A stretch of 64,000 nt of DNA from Azolla caroliniana (lineage: Eukaryota; Plantae; Polypodiophyta), in the NCBI GenBank assembly GCA_043228905.1, contig JBHGNT010000002.1, forward strand, positions 19,778,001 to 19,842,000, in the 5' to 3' direction. This document shows, piece by piece, positions 60,081-64,000 of this stretch. Numbering within the stretch: the first letter of the stretch is position 1; the number at the start of each line of letters is the position of its first letter. Under the pieces are notes generated by a model. It made no database searches, was not told the origin of the DNA, and saw nothing but the letters and a program-made list of their open reading frames with translations. A program made the position numbers and the translations under genes.

Positions 60081-62177
60081 TGTCGTGTGATTTTTCACAC
60101 ATGATATGAAACTTAGTAAAACAATTATTTAAGGTTAGCTTAATGTATTCATATAGATAAATGTCGTGTGTTTTTTCACACACGATATGAAAACTAGTAA
60201 AACAATTATTTAAGATTAGCTTAATGTATTCATATAGATAGATGTCTTCAAGAGCTTCATAGCGTATTTTACTCCGCATAAAACGGATAAACAAGTATCA
60301 AGTTATGTGAGTGTAAAGTTTGAAGAAGAAAGAAAAGACAAAACTGTGAGATATCCCACATAGATATATAAGGGAAACCAAAATATATTCATTCTATCAA
60401 TGTGTGGAGCACAGAATGTTCAAAGTGACTTGGGCTACATTGTGTGGTGTGCACGCTTCGGGCGTACGCGCGTATGCATGACCGTGTTAACGCTTCGGGC
60501 ATATGCGCGTGTGCATGGCCATGTGGATGTTTTCGGATGTATGCGCGCATGGACGTCTTCAGATGTGCACGCTTCGGGCGTACGCGTGTATGCATGGCCG
60601 TGTTAACGCTTCGGGCACATGCGTGTGTGCATGGCCGTGTAGATGTTTTCGGATGTATCCGCGCATGGACGTCTTTGGATGTACATATGTGTGCAAGTTT
60701 CGGGCGTACACATGGACGTCTCGGACGGACGCGTGTATGCGGACGAGCACGCGGATGCGTACACGGCGCGGTCGGGACTTTTGCGCGCGGACGCGTGCAC
60801 CAGATGTACGCGTGTATGCACGACCATGTTAACGCTTCGGGCATATGCGCGTGTGCATGGCCGTGTGGATGTTTCAGATGTATGCGCGCATGGACGTCTT
60901 CAGATGTGCACGCTTCGGGCGTACACGTGTATGCACGGCCGTGTTAACGCTTCGGGCACATGCGTGTGTGCATGGCCGTGTGGATGTTTTCGGATGTATG
61001 CGCGCATGGACTTCTTTGGATGTACATATGTGTGCAAGTTTCGGGCGTACGCATGGACGTCTCGGACGGACGCGTGTATGCGGACGAGCACGCGGATGCG
61101 TACACGGCGCGGTCGGGACTTTTGCGCGCGGACGCGTGCACCGGATGTACGCGCGTATGCACGACCGTGTTAACGCTTCGGGCATATGCGCGTGTGCATG
61201 GCCGTGTGGATGTTTCAGGCGTCCGCATGGACGTCTCGAACGGACGCGTGTATGCGGGCGAGCACGCGGATCCGTACACGGCGCGGTCGGGACTTTTGCG
61301 CGTGGACGCGTGCACCGTATGTACGCGCGCATGGACGTCTTTAGATATACGTACGTGGGCAAGTTTCGGGCGTATGCGTGGACATTTCAAACGGACGCGT
61401 GTGTGCGGACGAGCGCGCGCATGCGTACACGGCACGGTCGGGACGCGCGCATGCGTAGATGCGTACACTACGCGGTCGAGACTTTTGCGCGCGGACGCGT
61501 GTGTGCGGACGAGCGCGCGGATGTATACATGGCGCAGTCGGGACGTGCACATGTGTGGATGCGTACACTACGCGGTCGGGACGTGCACATGTGTGGACGC
61601 GTCTACGGTTTGGTTGCGACGCACGTACGGATTGCGCACGGGCTAAACTTTATGGATGATTGGGTCATTTGGCCAAATTATACGGACGGTCGCATGCAAC
61701 TAAAAGCCAAGGCCATGCAACTAAAGTAACATTGGGAAGGAGGATCAATAAAGAGTTGAATATATGTTCCATTTTTTCCCTCTACTATTTTTTGTCCTCT
61801 TCCATCTTCTTCTTCTCTCTCCCATTTCCTTGGAAAACAAATTATCTCTCAAATTGATATCAAACTCTTGGCTTGGCTTGCTCAATCTTTCTTGTCAAAA
61901 ATTATCTCTCATATTCATATTGGACCACTCCTTACATGGTTGTTGGCTCCTTTCTTTAAAAAAGTTTATCTCTCATTTTCATCTTCAACCCGTTGTAACA
62001 AGATTCTTGAATTATAAAAGAATCTATTTTCTTATGCTATAAACGAACGTTTTCTCTCATTTACTCATCTTATATGTGAATTTTGCTTGTGTTGTACTTG
62101 TTGTACTAAATCCTTCTAGTTCAGAACCTTGGCGGTTCCGCCTCGCGATCCACACATAGTGACGGATTATCACGACA
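60081..62177 (+). mobile_element. 2.1-kb solo LTR of the TGTCG..CGACA gypsy lineage, with an internal satellite
   Basis: Termini TGTCGTG..CACGACA and 4-bp TSD GCGG/ACGG. Excision restores the host RT frame ..MHIVRDRTKSGLWLSQEKY.. The 3' end resembles the G1/G2 LTR ends (GGT.CCGCCTC..CCAC.CA). The first 81 bp are tandemly duplicated. Confidence 0.75.
60445..61640. repeat. CpG-rich alternating purine-pyrimidine tandem repeat, about 341-bp higher-order unit with shorter subunits
   Basis: TGTTAACGCTTCGGGCATATGCGCG recurs at 60485, 60827 and 61168, with long (CG/CA/TG/TA) alternating runs. Confidence 0.9.
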
Positions 62178-62699
62178 ACGGGTTGTGGCTGTCACAAGAG
62201 AAATATGTGACAAGGATCTTGGAGAGATTCAACGTGTCGAAAGCAAAGCCAGTCGGCTCTGTGTTTCCGACAAATTGTAAGCTGAATGCTAAGAAATGCC
62301 CAAAGAACAAAAAGGAGAAGGTCGAGATGAGGAAAGTACCATATGGCTCGTCCGTCGGCAGTTTGATGTATGTTATGGTCTGTACGAGACCAGACATAGC
62401 ACTTGTTGTGGGAGTAGTAAGACAATATATGAGTAATCAAGGACGAGAACATGGGGCAACTGTCAAATGGATATACTCAAGTACTTAAAAGGCACCTCAA
62501 GGGTATGTCTCAAGTTTGGAGTCGGAAAATAATGTAAATAAAGATATTCCTTGTACAATCTCATCTAGTGGTGCTACGTTTATGCCAAAAGTAGATAATA
62601 ATAAAATACAAAATGCCTCCGAGTACTTTAAGTGATGATGAAGAAATTTAGGATATGTTTGAAGAATTAAGTTTTGAACATACAATAACTCATTTGGAA

Positions 62700-64000
62700 G
62701 CAATGGAGGACGACAACAAAACCCAAGTTCCTATCCATTCGATCAAGATGTATGAGGTCATTGAAGAAGTTTCTCGAAAGGATCATGAGGCACATGTCCT
62801 GACAAAGTACGAGACAGTGGAGAAGAAGGTCCGTCCTATTGTTGCTCCACTTCCAGGGCATAGTGAAAGGGCAATCAAAGAAGCAGCCGCAGAGCCAATG
62901 ATCAGAGACCCACGAAAGGTGGGACATGTGTTTACTCCAGAAACAATACAAGGGATGAAAATAAGAGGGGGTGGCTTCCTATTACCTGCTAAAGAAAAGC
63001 AATTCATGGAGATGTTAAAATATTCCATGGAATTTTAAGCCAATACCCATGCCTAGGGCTAGAATCCCTCAACTATTAGAACTTCTGAAAGAAAAGATAA
63101 GGATGGGTATCTTGGAACCATCAAACGCTCCTTACTCAAGTCGATGGTTCACTGTGTTAAAGAAAGATGGATGACTCCTATTTATCCAAGATATGCAACT
63201 CGTGAATAAGGTAACAACCCGAAACTCAGGAGTAGGGCCAATTGTGGATGAGTTTGTTGAGATGTTTGCAGGAAGAGCTATATATTCAATGGGAGACCTT
63301 TATTCCAGGTATGATCAATTTCAACTTGCTATCAAAAGTTGAGATATTATTTCTATCAAGACACCTATAGGGTTAGTACGGATGTGTACCTTACCGCAAG
63401 GAGCGACCAACTCAGTGGCGCATATGATGAATGGAATGAACAAGGTACTTCATGGTTTTATTCCTCATATTACAATGCCTTTTTTAGATGATATTCCAAT
63501 TAAGGGATGCAAGGAGGAAGAGAAGAATGAGGAATTGGACGAAAGTGGTTGCCAACAATTCGTTGCCGATCATATCAAGGATTGTGAAAAGATACTATCA
63601 AGGATGGAAGAAGTGCGTTTGACCTTATCAGGGGCGAAGTCAATATTTGGGGCAAAAGAGATATTAATAGTTGTTCATATGTGTGGCCCATATGGGAGAA
63701 AGCCATCCCCAACCAAGGTCAATGCAATTCAAAATACGCAAGAGGAATGTACATCCGTCTCAGAAGTACGAAGGTTTCTAGGGGTATGTGTTTTTTACTG
63801 TAGATGGATTCTGCATTATGCCCATTTATCTGAACCTTTATACATACTCCTAAGAAAAGGAAAAACATTTGAATGGAGTGAAGAGCATTCAGAGGCAATG
63901 AGGAAATTGAAGTCCTACTTGGCACAAGCTCCACCATTAAAGCAACCTTACTACACCCAATCCATATATCTCATAGTAGACTCCAGTCCCATTGGAATTG
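62700..64000 (+). mobile_element. AT-rich diverged pol (RT) fragment of the G1 gypsy lineage, running off the right edge
   Basis: TKYETVEKKVRPIVAPLP..GGGFLLP, PYSSRWF, GDLYSRYDQFQL, LPQGATNSVAH, MPFLDDIPIKG and CGPYGRKP are collinear with G1 pol. Confidence 0.88.

Larger units (their letters stand above)
57198..62520 (+). mobile_element. Degenerate Tnt1/Tork-like copia C6, interrupted by a gypsy solo LTR
   Basis: LTR end at 57543 and PBS TGGTATCAAAG at 57547. Gag NYADWKIKMEDLL, LWHKR.GH, HTDVC, FIDDYSRK, RT (LYGLKQAPRQW, LYVDD) and VGSLMY..TRPDIA. Confidence 0.85.

Noticed and set aside
60389-61729. ORFs up to 294 aa rich in R/V/C/A/H/M
   Set aside because: These are translations of the alternating purine-pyrimidine satellite, open in most frames.

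Overview
Eukaryotic plant genomic DNA, most likely from a non-seed land plant (inferred from the transposon lineages present). There are only two host genes, both spliced. A GDSL/SGNH esterase (CPRD49/IAH1-like, minus strand, 6 exons) runs off the left edge, and a pfkB-family carbohydrate/nucleoside kinase (plus strand, 8 exons, about 373 aa) lies at 46-49.5 kb. The rest is a deep nest of transposons: APE-RT LINEs, several Ty1/copia elements, and a tRNA-Trp-primed Ty3/gypsy lineage (one full-length copy, truncated copies, a non-autonomous partner and solo LTRs). The most notable observation is a 3.73-kb DNA transposon (13144-16877, 35-bp TIRs, 4-bp AATA target duplication) inserted in a copia RT. 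It carries a decayed, intron-containing beta-class N6-adenine/N4-cytosine DNA methyltransferase gene that the ORF track does not show. Second, every insertion of the gypsy lineage sits on a 4-bp N-CG-N target, and two copies are stacked at the same site. Other signals are a probable -1 frameshift between protease and RT, and LINEs that share a covarying 3' hairpin and sit in (CT)n tracts. All translations and alignments were done by eye; no database searches were run.
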